Origin: Phallusia mammillata
Lineage: Eukaryota
Assembly: GCA_965637545.1 (NCBI GenBank)
Contig: OZ281495.1
Span: 10,292,001-10,356,000 of the forward strand
Reading direction: 5' to 3'
DNA: 64,000 nucleotides
Both the position numbers and the translations under genes were made by a program. Positions 11,293 through 23,382 of this stretch are shown piece by piece; the stretch's first letter is position 1, and each line of letters opens with the position of its first letter. The notes below the pieces were generated by a model. It worked only from the letters and a program-made list of their open reading frames with translations, searched no databases and was not told where the DNA came from.

Positions 11293-12708
11293 ATTGGGGG
11301 CATGTAAGGGTCCGTCCCGGTAGATCCTGATTCACAAATGAGTCTTCACCCGACACTGTCGAGTATGTAGCTGCGACTCGACCCGGGAACTTGCCTTTAT
11401 TGGTAACTTGGCTTTTTGACTTACGTTCCTCGTCGGAAATAAACCTCATCATTGGCGAGAGTGTATCCTCTACCAACATTTCCAAATGATCCAACAAAGC
11501 TTGAAAGGTTACTGGTTGATTTCGTAAACGAAGTTCGGATGACTTAGTGATGAACCGTCTAATTGCCCTCTGCGGCAAGCGCTGCACAACGGCCTCAACA
11601 TTTTGAGGCAGATCGAGCGTGTATTTACAGTCCCATTGACTGAATAACTTGCAGCTTGTGCACGAAACTGTTGCAAGCCCTGGAAGTCGCTATCCTTTAA
11701 TTGTGGGCGTTGCGTCAATCTGTCCATATGCGCTCTTACTACAAGGTCTAATCTCCCATGTCTCCTGTGGAGTATATCCAATGCCTCCCTGTATCCTAAT
11801 TCGGGAGGCATGCTTTTGCATTCCAAAATGTTGGTCAGGGCATTTTCAGTGCAAAATTCACAGAGATATCCCAGCTTCTCAGCATCAGATAAATACGCCT
11901 TGTTTATCTGCCGGTCAAAGTCGTTCAAAAACTTGTGATAGTTAATAGGATTGCCGTCGTACTTCATCAATGACAGTTTCGGTAAATTGAAACCTTGTTT
12001 TATAGTTTCTGCAATTACATACCAATTCTCAGTAGTCGCCGGTGGACCATGAGGGTAAGGTTTTATTGTTGCATTTTGATGCTCATTTTCAAATGTGCCG
12101 GCCCCAGTGGCTTCTGCGCAGGTGGCAACCACAGGACCGAATCCCTCTGCCTTCGCTGGGAGGACTCGAGAAGGCCCGACAGAAACCTGTGACTTGGCTG
12201 GTGCAAGTGGTTTGTCTGTCGAGTTCACATTTGTTGTTCGATCTGAAATAGCTTTCGATGGCTGTTCATTTTGGGTATGCGTTAACGCCTTTGTAGAAAC
12301 CTTTGCGTGTTGCAATAGAGGTACAGGATTCGGTCTTTTGATTGGCGTAACATCCCATCCATGTGAAGACTCACACGAATCGAACTCGCTCTCCGTTTCA
12401 GCAGCAAACTCAGCTAACTCTAATTCCTCTTGGGCTTTATCAAGCTCGAGTTCCATTTCCAAGTCCAACACTTTGGATCTAATGGCGCATCGCCGTTTTA
12501 GTTGCCCAAGTTTCAAAGCTGCAGCTTCGGCTTCTCGGCGAGCACGCGCACTGGCAGTACTTTTGACACTTCGCACCGAGCCTTTAACGGACGGGGCGCC
12601 GTCGTTGGTTTGTTCATGTCTTACTGTATCAATCACTTCAAACAACTCCTGTGACGTGCTGGGAATGTTTTCCCCCTTAATAGACATTTCTCTCGAGACT
12701 ATCGCCAC
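11257..12708 (-). pseudogene. BEL gag, frameshifted near 11625 and near 11256
   Basis: ORF 11509-12708 has the BEL coiled-coil N-terminus and a DUF1759-like PKLSLMKYDGNPINY motif. The continuation LDLPQNVEAVVQRLP...CPQCGSSHCLWKC is in a second frame, and SQPVKERHALV is in a third frame (the pol frame). Confidence 0.85.
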
Positions 12709-13230
12709 AGCAAAGCAAAACCGTTTTAAATGATGTAGAATTCAAGCAGTGTGCTAATTCTACCTTTCAGTCTCTTGACTGGCAGAATAAGATAGCCGGT
12801 TTCAGATGCACTTTATTTTCAGTGATTTAAAACGGATTTTTGACCACCTTAATCAAATAGAATCAAAACTTCACAATTACAAACAGTCCAAACAATTTAC
12901 CTTATATAACATAAAATTATCCACCTCAGCAAAGTTTAATACAACACCACAGATTTAGATACTGCTGAAACAATGACTGGGCTACACGTGCAGAGAAAAA
13001 AACCGAGAAAGCAGGACGCACATAAAGTTGGCAGTTATGTCATCACAATGAACGTATAGGTCACGGGTTACAACGGCGGGAAAGGTTCTTGCTATTGGGG
13101 AGCGTTACTGTCCGTTACAGCTTGTTTAATGATATTTACTAAACTCATTTCTACCAACCAGCCCACAGCCTAAAGTATAGGCTATATAGTTACTTTCCAG
13201 CAGGAAAAATGAAAGTATTACTCTCTATGT

Positions 13231-13785
13231 CAGGGTTCTTTACATTTGCGGTCATGTCCCATTTGACAATGTTTATTCAATCTCACTGCCCCCTAAATTA
13301 ATATCAGCATTGATAAAATCAATAAAGGATGCTTTTTGTAATCAGGTGTTTGTCTTGTTTTTCGGAAACAACATACATAGTTCCAAGCGTTGGAAAAAGC
13401 CATTTCAACACTGATAAAGTGCGAAAAAGAAGGCTGTGTGGGCGCACAGAGCCACGTTGCCAGTATTTTTTGTAAATATGACGTATTCTTCTATAAACAT
13501 GTGCATATGTCGCCCAGAAATGGTTGATGTAGTCAAGGCAATCTTCAATGCGATATTGCGAAAAAAATACATTACAGGATATAGTACAACCAGACATTTC
13601 AGAGAAATGAAGCGTTTACTTCAATTTCCAAAAATAAGTTCGAAATCAGCGCCGACATCATTACAATACGTTCATTTGCAATTGCTTGCAAGTAAATACC
13701 TAGCATCCAGATTGTGCTGCGCCCCTTCTAAACCCTTTACGCTCCCTTATGGGGTGGAGGGCGCCCCCTAGGTTAAGAACCCCTG
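13231..13785. mobile_element. Older hAT-type MITE
   Basis: Termini CAGGGTTCTT and AAGAACCCCTG; degenerate 8-bp TSD CTCTATGT / ATCTTTGT. Confidence 0.55.
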
Positions 13786-14140
13786 ATCTTTGTTTATTCA
13801 AACTGTTGTAGCAAGTGTTCGCTTTGCTTGGAACAAACACTGAGGGCTAGAAGTGACAAATTTGATCAACAGAATCCCATGTTTATTACCGTTTATACGC
13901 TGGAGAAAGAATATAGGTTTCACAAAGTTTAAGAAGAACAAATCAAATGTCAACATTTGAACAGCAAACGAATAGTGCGAAAGGGGACACGCAGGTATAC
14001 GGCTTATGATATTAATCCACCAACCAATAGCAAAAGTTGTCTTTAGAAAACAGTATTTACTATGTTATCTATAAAAGGCTTTTGATCATTCTTTACCGAC
14101 ATGGAAACTGCAATCAGGTTTTGTTCTTCGAACTATTTCG

Positions 14141-17100
14141 CTAGTTTAAACCGAAACGATACACGACACCACAGACCAGAACGACCAGCACAACTCCAAG
14201 GAAAGCATACATTTCCTGGTCGTGCGAATCTTGAATGGATCGTAGCATTTCCTCAATATCAACGTATTGTACCCTTTTCCCATCATTTTCCTTCTGGAGC
14301 TCGGAGTTGGTGTGTTGAGAGGAGATGATAATTGGGCCAGCAGAAAGGAGATGTTTATTTCCAGCGGTTGTTATCTCGCGACGACGGCGGCGCTTTTTGT
14401 CACACTGAAATGGACGAAAAACGAGTCTTACTGATTAAAAGCGTTGGTCACCAAAATGCTATTCGTAGAAGTTGCCATTATTCAGTTATGAAAACTTGCC
14501 AAGAGATTTTCAAATACAACAGAAGGTAAGGTTGAAGGTTGCATGACAGGTATTTTATCCCAATTGCAGCAGATTTTCCTGCATAAAAACATGATAGACT
14601 GAATTATGACCGCCAATGCGTTTAATAATGTGCTTAGCAGTTACACCTGTCATGAAACCTAGAAGTGTAGGTAAAATTGTATTTCAGCTAACGTGATATC
14701 TCGTGCTATTTACATTATTTCCGGATTGATTTCGGATGAGCTGACTGTAACATTGGCATCAAACACACAGGTCAAGATGAGACAGTAGATCTTGTAGCGT
14801 TGAACGGGAGCCGATGGATCAAGACGTTTTTGATTCCATACGATGTACGTTAGTTTGATCAGACCGTCAGATTCCTAGATGTAGGTTAATTAGGCTACGG
14901 TGCATTAAACTAGCAAGCTAAATGTCCCAAATTGCTGCTGCAAAACATGCCACTAATAAATGTACAGACTAACAGTATCAATTTGTTTTCGAAAAAATAT
15001 TGAATGTTTAAAATGATTTATGGTTTTACCCAATTTAATTTTTTTAGAGTTTTTTTGTGAACATTTTAAAATATTTTTTTAAAAGGCATATCTTTTGTTT
15101 CAAAGGTTTAAACCAACACGACTTACCGAAGCTACTGGGACGCATTGAGTAATGTTGAAAACAAAATATGGGCGTTGTATATTTGTCACACAACTCGGAT
15201 CAACATCTTCAGGCTTAACATCCTCGCTCGGCGCGATGTACAAGATGTCAAGTTCTTCTGCGTTGAGGTTTTTAAAATTCTCTTCGTTTAAGCTATGAAG
15301 CAAATCATTGATATTGTACAAGGTAGATTGATTAGATGTCACATATGTAACAATTTTTAATTTTTAGATAGACACATAATATTATTTAGGTGCCTTAGTT
15401 GCACGGAAGCACAACAAGAAAATCTGATGTGGTTTTAACTGACAACATTTTGATCCGTATTTGTATTTGATCCGTACAAGGGTCCGTATTTGCAATTGGC
15501 AAAACAATTGCACAACGTTGTTCTGAAGTTTAAAATTGACAAAACAACTGCACAACGTTGTTTAATACACACTCAGACTCTGCTTACTTGATAACCGTTG
15601 TTTCTCCACATTCAATTTGTGCACGGGGAGGAGGTGGACATTCTGCAAACCAACAACAGGCAATAAGCGTTGCGCAGTCCCAGATATTTTACACAAGCAT
15701 CAACATAAAATCGTGGCAATTTGACGGCAGACGTATTTGATAGGAATTTGCATTTGTTGCAAACATATCAAAACAACAGTCAGATATCACTTACTTTTCT
15801 CCACGACAACTTGAAAGAAAGTGTCAGCGGCCCCTGGTTGAGCGTCACTAGCATACATAAGTCGCACTTTGTCACCTCCAAGGACCCAGGTTGTGGAAGA
15901 AGTAAGCCCTGAGTTATAGATTCCATACCTTGTAGGGGACCCAGATTTACCTAAAGCATCCTCAGCCCAGTTTATCTAAACAGTCAAGAGCTATTTACAT
16001 CCATTAACTTAAAGGTACCTGAAACTAGGACCGTTTTATAAATACATGAAATTGTGAAACATAACAAAGTTAAATTACTGAAACTCGTCGAACTATCCAT
16101 CGGTCTATCGCAGTGGTTCGTAACCGGTGAATTACTCTCAAAGCGTCATTTGGTATTTTTAGAGGTAATTACATTACTATTTGTTATTTTCGTGACGTCA
16201 TCCTTATGTGTTAGTTGGTAAGTTTGTAGATTGTAGTATGACAACAACAAAATAGGAACCATCGGCCATCGTAACACAATTGTAAGCAAGATATTCCTTA
16301 CGAAAAGATAGTCTGTCTCTGCCAAGATCATGTCCAGCTTGAACTGAAAAATACAACCAACGTCAGCCTCAAACGTCCAAACGCAAAATAAGCCGGGTGT
16401 TAACGGTGGGCCTCTTTCAATTCTAGTAAAATCTCCAGTGTACGTTTCCCCACAATCTTGCGACGCTAGAAACAAGTTGCAAAAAGTTAGTTGCTGTAAG
16501 CTACCCCAGAAAATGCTGCTGCCACCCCAGAAATTGCCTGGCCGTATTTATATTCGTGCATTACAGATATGGGCTTCTTTCATTTACATGCGCTCTTTTT
16601 AATGGTCGGTATATTTCGAGCATGTGCAAAGCAAGCTCCGCGAAATCTCTTTTGTTTTTAAACAACGCATGGGGAAACCCGTTTGCGCTACTCGCTTCAG
16701 TGATTTCAAGTTTGCTCCACCAGAACAAGTCTGAACAGGACGTAACAATGGCAAATTTCACGTTTTTATGTGTTGTGGATGTTAATTAGCAGTTGGAGAA
16801 TATATTGTTACACAGAGTTTCATTTCCATGCACGGAAAATTTAATTGCAGCCGCCACCATGTGCGCAAATTTCGTGTCGAAACTGCAATGCCGATTCGAT
16901 AGTCTTGCAAAATTGAACTTGTAAAATTAATTTACAGATCTCTGTTTATGTATCACATGCTACGTTGCGTTTTGTGCGTTATGTTACCTTTTCAACCACA
17001 CTACTTCGGATAAATAACGCTACCCAGCACGAGATACACTTTTCCCGCCACTAACCAGTACACTGCTGTGATCACATAACTAACGCATTGTGACGTCATA

Positions 17101-17803
17101 ACTACACATATAGATGGACGATTTGTGACATGACTTTCATAGTTGTTACGTCCAAGTTAAGCAAGATTGCGTACAGAGTAATATACGTGTTTATACCCTG
17201 CCAATATCCGCGAAACGCCATCTACTAACCTTAACGAGTATCGTGGCGTGGTTTGATCACGTAAGGAACCTGACCAAATTTTGCCACCCCACAAAAGAAA
17301 ATTTATGCTAAAAAATCGCCGCCTATGCTTGTTCCTTATAAGTTTGTCAACTGATTTTGACCGGAAAGTAAACATTTTCCATACCGTGATATAATTAGTA
17401 AAACACTAAAATTGTTGAAAGAATGATAATAGAACAGGGTATGATTTCCAGAATCAATTTACCAGGATTTTAGGTGGTTGTGAATTAACAAACAAATGCG
17501 TATGACTTAATTTCAAATGTTTACCTGGCATTGGTTCCCAACTGCAATAATGCCGTTAGCCAGATAAATGGACGTACGAAACATACTTGAGATTAATATT
17601 GAAGCAAAATTACAATTGGCGTCAATTACAATTTGTCCGCCACCGCTGGTGTCAGGTGGAGCAGCTCCACAAAATCCATCAACTGAAATCGACGTAAAAT
17701 AAATATCACACGTTTTATGAAATAAATTAATTTTATTCTTACCTTGACCTGTTCTCAGGAGAACCAGCACAAAAAAGAAATGCCCCCAGGCTTTAAAATC
17801 CAT
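14141..17803 (-). pseudogene. CUB-CUB-ZP array unit U1, lacking exon C and exons I-K
   Basis: Exons A 17743-17803, B 17525-17682, D 16302-16465, E 15795-15975, F 15588-15642, G 15127-15292, H 14714-14874, L 14141-14404. B ends phase 0 but D starts phase 1. Only the acceptor and first ~6 nt of exon I remain (14573-14578). H (phase 2) to L (phase 0) is out of frame. Confidence 0.85.
16500..17327 (-). mobile_element. One-ended DNA-transposon remnant occupying the position of U1 exon C
   Basis: Not homologous to the matching U2 region. Minus strand starts CATAGGCGGCG with GGGGTGGCA subterminal motifs at both ends. The weak reading FWWSKL...FAELALHML...ERS (16561-16761) resembles a hAT C-terminal domain. 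The second TIR is missing. Confidence 0.4.
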
Positions 17804-18812
17804 CGTGAAGTTACTTGTTAAAATGTTAAATGATTAAGACCCAACAAAATTGAGATCCGACTAATCTGTTTACGAGCAAAGGCAGTAATGAAGACCCTGT
17901 ATTGGGATCTGTATGCTTTATGTCACATTAACAATGTATCGCAAGAGCAGAGGGGATAGAGAATGCACTTGGCTTAGTCATTTGTCGGTTTGCAATGGAT
18001 TGTTTTGAACCAACGCTTTGAAAATCCTTACGAACGATATGCTACATGTAGTTACAGCAACAAATTACTGGCAAACAAAATATACATCCCATCGACTTGT
18101 CTTCCATTCATTATATTACCGTTTAAGCGGGTACGTTGGCGAAAATTGATGAAATATAAATCCTCAAAAGTACTTTCAATAAATATTTATTTTGTTGAGT
18201 TTGTCTGTTGCAGACCTGAATTATGCGCGCACAATGGCTTTCTTGTCACCATGTTGAATTCACACAACATCTGTGGAAAGCTAACACGATATTTTGTGAT
18301 ATTGTCAACTTAATATAATCAAGAGTTCTCAAAAGATTCACCCTGATAGGTACCAAGTGCATGCAATCAAAGAAAATGAAGACGTTATGGTTGGTATGAA
18401 ATGATCTCAAAATTTTGGTTATTTTGTAAATGCGCTCTGGGCTAAAAAATGTGAGAAAAATTTACATAACAAATCAAGTTCAATTCAAGGAAATTTTGTT
18501 CCATCCCACACAGAGTAAAACAGGCGAATAGTTTATTTGGCTGGATGTAAAAAACACTAACAAATCTAATAGCAATTGTATTGAGGTAGGCTATAGCACT
18601 AAGAAAATTATTGTTTGAGATAACCGACTGGAATACGTCAAGCAGTTTTGTAGTTTAATGCACCCAGCGGTTTTCGAGTTTAAACCAAACAACACGATGG
18701 AATTATATCAAGCCTAATCATCTATTGTTACACGAACAACCCAAGCTCTGAATATCCTGTTTACCGCCATGGTTCAAGCTACTGACGGAGCCCTTCCAGG
18801 CAAGCGTGTTAA

Positions 18813-20895
18813 AGAGCCCCGGCACCGGAAAATTATTTTTTAATATGTTGTTTGTCGTATTTTTATAAACACGATTTCAGATTTAAAACCACAAAAATCG
18901 AAGTTACTAGTCAAATATTTACGTTTTAAATCTAAAAACACTGACACCTTGCGGAAATTTTTGTCACTGAGCTCAAACGCCATGTGACGTCACCTCGTAC
19001 CAACTTGGTTTGGAGCTTGTTTGCAGTCGGTGGTTGTTAAGGTTCTGCGGCGCCAATTACGTTAGTCAGTTTAGGTATTTTGGTGTTTAAATGTTTTCAT
19101 TTTTATACTCAAGTGTGCAAAAATGCCTGCAGTGTGTTCTTTGTATGGTTGCAATTCAAGAGGAAATCAAAAGGCCAGCAATTTGACACTTTTTCGCTTT
19201 CCAAATATAAAGCGATTGCGGTCAGCTTGGATTAAATTTGTTAACGTGAAAAAAAGGGACCAACGAAATACAGTGTTCTTTGTAGCCTACATTTCACAGA
19301 TGAATGTTTCACAAATAAAATGCAGCAGACAGGAGTATGGCAAAAATTCTGGTGTTAAAGCCAAATGCCGTTCCATGTATTCATTAGAACAGTCTTCTTC
19401 ATCAAGAAATGGCATTGAGAGCAGTTGTAAGAAAAGTAGCATATGGTATGCTTTAATTAATTGTTTTCTGACATAATCTCATTTAACATGATAGTCTTTA
19501 ATATTACCATTATGTCATACTAATTTAGTTTATTGTCATGCCATTTACTTGGTAATAACAAAAAAGTGTGGTTGTGAAAAAAGGTGTGATAATATCAATA
19601 TATTTTCATTTGGGAACCACCCAATCTAAGCTATGAGCCAAAATACATTGTATGTAAAGGAAAACTTCTTTACCTCTTAAATGGTGTACCAGAAGTAAAT
19701 TAACTGCAGATTTCCCTGGACACTCAGCTAAATTTGGTACATACACAATGATGAATGATGGATCTTTGCAACAATAAAATTGTTGCTATTAACCTTGTTA
19801 ATGTATTCAGATGGTAATTTCATAATATTTTCTAGAGCAATGAAGTGGTAAACAGCAATGATATGGAAAAAGAAGGATTCTTGGGATGCATTGAAAACAT
19901 CACAAGCAAAGGATTGTTTATTAAAGCCTTTGTGACTGACAGGCATCCACAAATCATTAAATACATTAGTGAAGAATCGTCAGAAACAAAACATTATGTT
20001 TGGCATGTAGCTACAAGTATGATAGAAATAAAAGATGAGCATACACCAGTATATTTGTGTTTATGGTTTTCAATTCAGAAATCCAAAAGAACTGACAGCA
20101 CTTTCTAACAAAGCCTATTGCAAAGAGTTGGGACCTTGGGTGAAAAGCATATGCAACCACATGTATTGTTGTGCAGCAACATCACAAGGGATTTCACAAC
20201 TTATAGTTGACAAGTGGCTGTCAGTCCGGCAACGTAACTCTGAAGTCTTCCCCAGCACCATTCAACAAATTTTAGTAAGCAGTATACCTGTAACGCATAG
20301 AGGTTGCTAGTTGCATGTTAGTAGTTAGTACAGTAAAACTTACTCGTGACGGGTGTTAATTACCCTCATCATGATTGCCTAATTGACGTTTAAATCGATA
20401 ACATGCTGCTTCTAATACACGTTGAGACATATAGATTCAAATCCAGGATATGTTTTTATACAAAGCAGATTCGACTCAGAATATTCGTTGAACTTGGCTA
20501 ACTGCTGTTGCACTTACTAATTTCATGGCAGCAAACGCATGATTTTCTCACCTACCTTTTTAAGCAAACAGTTGTTATTTATTGCTTAACTGTCAACTAA
20601 GTATCTACGTTAATTTTATCAGTTGTAAACAATAGAAAAATGTACGCATCAAAGCTAAAACAAGCAATAAAAACAACAGCTGACCAACGCCATTGTTAGA
20701 AGTTGGTACGAGGTGACGTAACAATCGCTGCTACATATCAAACCAAGGTGTCGCTCGAGAGCTCGTTGTTTGATTGAATATCTCGAAAACGACAAATCAT
20801 AGGACAAAAAAAATTAGTGATTCGAAATCCCTGATTTTTGGCAATTCTAAATATCTAAAATGTAGAAAAAGTCACATCGCCGCTGCCGGGGCCCT
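18813..20895 (+). mobile_element. Kolobok-type DNA transposon, degenerate (THAP plus DDE remnants)
   Basis: TTAA on both sides (18809-18812 and 20896-20899); TIR AGAGCCCCGGCA / AGGGCCCCGGCA; subterminal inverted GTGACGTCACCTCGTACCAACT. THAP MPAVCSLYGC...LFRFP...SAWIKFV, then frameshifted PTKYSVLCSLHF; transposase motifs SNDMEKEG, FVTDRHPQI, WHVA, WVKSICNHMY. Confidence 0.85.
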
Positions 20896-21615
20896 TTAAA
20901 CACTATGGGCGGAAATATCAGACAATTCATCCTTCGCTAAACACAGGCAACACAAACCATCCCGTTTACTGCAGTGCTTCTGCCTGCACGCGAACCTTCT
21001 GCCATTTTAGTCTTTATGCACAAATTTCGTTTAGGGAAACATGGTAACTTTTAGCAACTAAAATAAGGGACCGCGAACCCCGGTTTAGAAAACGGAGCGT
21101 TATATCGATTGTAATACCACCCTGTGAATGATAGCAATGGTGTTGTGTATACCAAGGTCTTGTTACTCTGCTGCCTTGTGCAGTACAGTTCATTACTGCC
21201 CGGGAATGTTTTTCGGCAAAAACGTAAATCTTCGTGTTTTGAGATTCAAATTACATCAATGTGTTTTGAACTTAGTTGATCAGCGACCTGAAACAAACCA
21301 CACTATGAAGGGTTATTTCGTATTTGGAGAGTTGTAAGCGTGTCCGAAATTGTGTCCCAAATTAGGCTTAAACGTCAGATTACCTAACGTGATATTACTT
21401 TACAAATGTTAATATAGGCCCTGATTCAAATTAGACATTCCCGAATCCAAATCCCTTACAATTGTAATCCATGTGCATAAAACTAATCATGACAAGTAAT
21501 AAGAGGTGTTAACCGGGTTTGTGGTCTTACCCAATACATACGGCGGTTGCAGAAGCCTTTTCGAGCACAATGGTTGTATAGTAAAGCAGGAAACATCAGA
21601 ATTAATCATCTATTG

Positions 21616-22249
21616 CAGGGGTGGGGAACCTGCAGCCCGCGGGCCGCATGCGGCCCGCTTGCCTTTTTAAAGTGGCCCGCCTCAACATTTTGTTAAAGTA
21701 CAGCATAAAACTTAACATAAAAAAAAACAATAAAATGTTTATGTACAAATATTTACTTGAAATGACTTCGACACTTCCACGTTTGACGCCAAACGTGCAA
21801 AAATTGCCACACATTCAACCACTTGCTGTATTTGTGACGTAACAGTCACTCGATTCTATTTGTGACGTAACAGTCACTCGATTCTATTTGTGACGTAACA
21901 GTCACTCGACCTCTCCTTGCAGTATTTGCCATGTGGTGTTAGTTTTAAATTGATTTTAGAGCTATAAAATGTATTCGGTATAACGGAGCTAGGGTATTCC
22001 AGAAGAATGGAAAAATGTTAGTCGAATTAAGTGATAAACCTGAATTCCATGTTTGTTGCAAATAAGTAACAGCAAAGAAAAAAAATCTGGAGCGATGAAA
22101 TATAAAAAAATCCGGAGCGTTGAAATATAAAACACTTGTGTGCTTAGGGCATTTTTACACGGAATTTGAAAATAAAAAAATATTTGGCCCGCCCGAAAAT
22201 GTTGTGCAATTCATGCGGCCCGCAGTACTAAGTAGGTTCCCCACCCCTG
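21616..22249. mobile_element. hAT (Charlie/Buster-like) MITE
   Basis: TIR CAGGGGTGGGGAACCT at both ends; perfect 8-bp TSD ATCTATTG; empty site in the paralogous spacer near 34358; internal tandem repeat. Confidence 0.92.
21829..21910. repeat. 29-bp tandem repeat, about 2.8 copies, inside the MITE
   Basis: TATTTGTGACGTAACAGTCACTCGATTCT repeated head to tail without spacers. Confidence 0.85.
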
Positions 22250-22429
22250 ATCTATTGCAATGCAAACCAATTGAGCGCTATCGAATTTCCTGTTTTTTGA
22301 CGGAACAAAGCGAGCCGCGAACTGAGCGCTTGTGTTCACCTTATAGGTAGCTGACATCATTCCTTTTGCGATAAGCTACACCAAAATGTAGCACTTAGCA
22401 TTCCGTTTTGGCATAGGCTACACTTAAAC

Positions 22430-22780
22430 CAGGACTTTCCAAACTTTTTCAATCGCGACCCCTTTTAATCTTCCCAATTTTTCTGCGACCCTTTATAGTT
22501 AATATGAACAGTGCAAAGTATGCACTTCTTGTATTTATTAAAGGCTTATTTCGAGCGTAAAATAAAAACAAAAAAGCAAACATTTATTTCGTGCGACTGC
22601 TTTCTGCTACCAAGCAAGTCCAGCCGTGGCTCAATATTTGTTAATGCTGGTCTTAAAGCTGTTTCTAGGTTGCTTAAGCTGGAACGGTATTTTGTTTTGA
22701 TTGCTGTCAACGTTGAAAAAGCTAACTTCAGAGAATATGCTCTAACGCTACCCCGGCCACCCCGAGTTTGGGAAGCCCTG
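22430..22780. mobile_element. Old hAT MITE duplicated with the array spacer (paralog 42127-42585; broken copy about 34535-35115)
   Basis: TIR CAGG(G/A)CTT(T/C)CCAAACT; the TSD is ATCTATAC / ATCTAAAC at the 42127 copy. Confidence 0.75.
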
Positions 22781-23382
22781 TTCTAAACACATGATGCAGG
22801 TAATTAATGTTTTGTTTTAGTAAATTAAAATCGACACTAACCATGCGAGGTTAACATATATATGCATGAAGTACTTTATTAAAGGAGTTTGAGTTATATT
22901 CATCTTTGAATGAACACTTTGGGACAAGAACTCTGTCGAATTGTCGCGCCCAACCTTATGTACAGTCAAAAAAACCTTGATCGGAATTAAGCCCCGGGAA
23001 CGTCCTGCGTTCCAACGCCTTGAAAAAATTGAAAGACTTGTAGGAAGTGTTCGCTTGACAGGATAATTGGCAAGTTAACCATACACAATCCTATGTTTAT
23101 TACCGTATATAAGCAGCAGAAAGAATATAGGTTTCACTGATGAACAAGCACACAAAGTTTAAGAAGAACGAACCAAATGTCAACAAATGAACAGCAAAAG
23201 AATATCGCGGAAGAGGTCATAGATTGACGGCTTAAGATCGGCAAGGCAGCGAGGGCAAAAAATCATTTTTTATCATTTGAAAACAATTTAGTTGCCTGGG
23301 TTTCTTTTCAATTTTCTTTTACGGCATGGAAATTAACTAAGAAAACTAGCAGTAACTTAGTTTTGTTCTTCGGCACATTTCG

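Larger units (their letters stand above)
6648..13119 (-). mobile_element. BEL/Pao LTR retrotransposon, full length, with two frameshifts in gag
   Basis: LTRs 6648-7024 (377 bp) and 12734-13119 (386 bp) with TG...CA ends; 5-bp TSD GCTTG (6643-6647 and 13120-13124); PPT-like AGGGGCCGGTA abutting the 3' LTR; domain order gag-PR-RT-RH-IN. Confidence 0.96.

Noticed and set aside
11240-11640. Programmed ribosomal frameshifting in BEL gag
   Set aside because: No slippery heptamer at either shift, both fall inside gag, and BEL elements usually have a single ORF. Mutation or sequence error is more likely.
7004-12733. Plus-strand ORFs overlapping the BEL element (e.g. 8237-8713, 12095-12733)
   Set aside because: Antisense shadows of the long gag and pol frames with no independent motifs.
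21829-21910. 29-bp repeats as a possible CRISPR array
   Set aside because: Head-to-tail copies with no spacers, inside a hAT MITE, in eukaryotic DNA with no cas genes.
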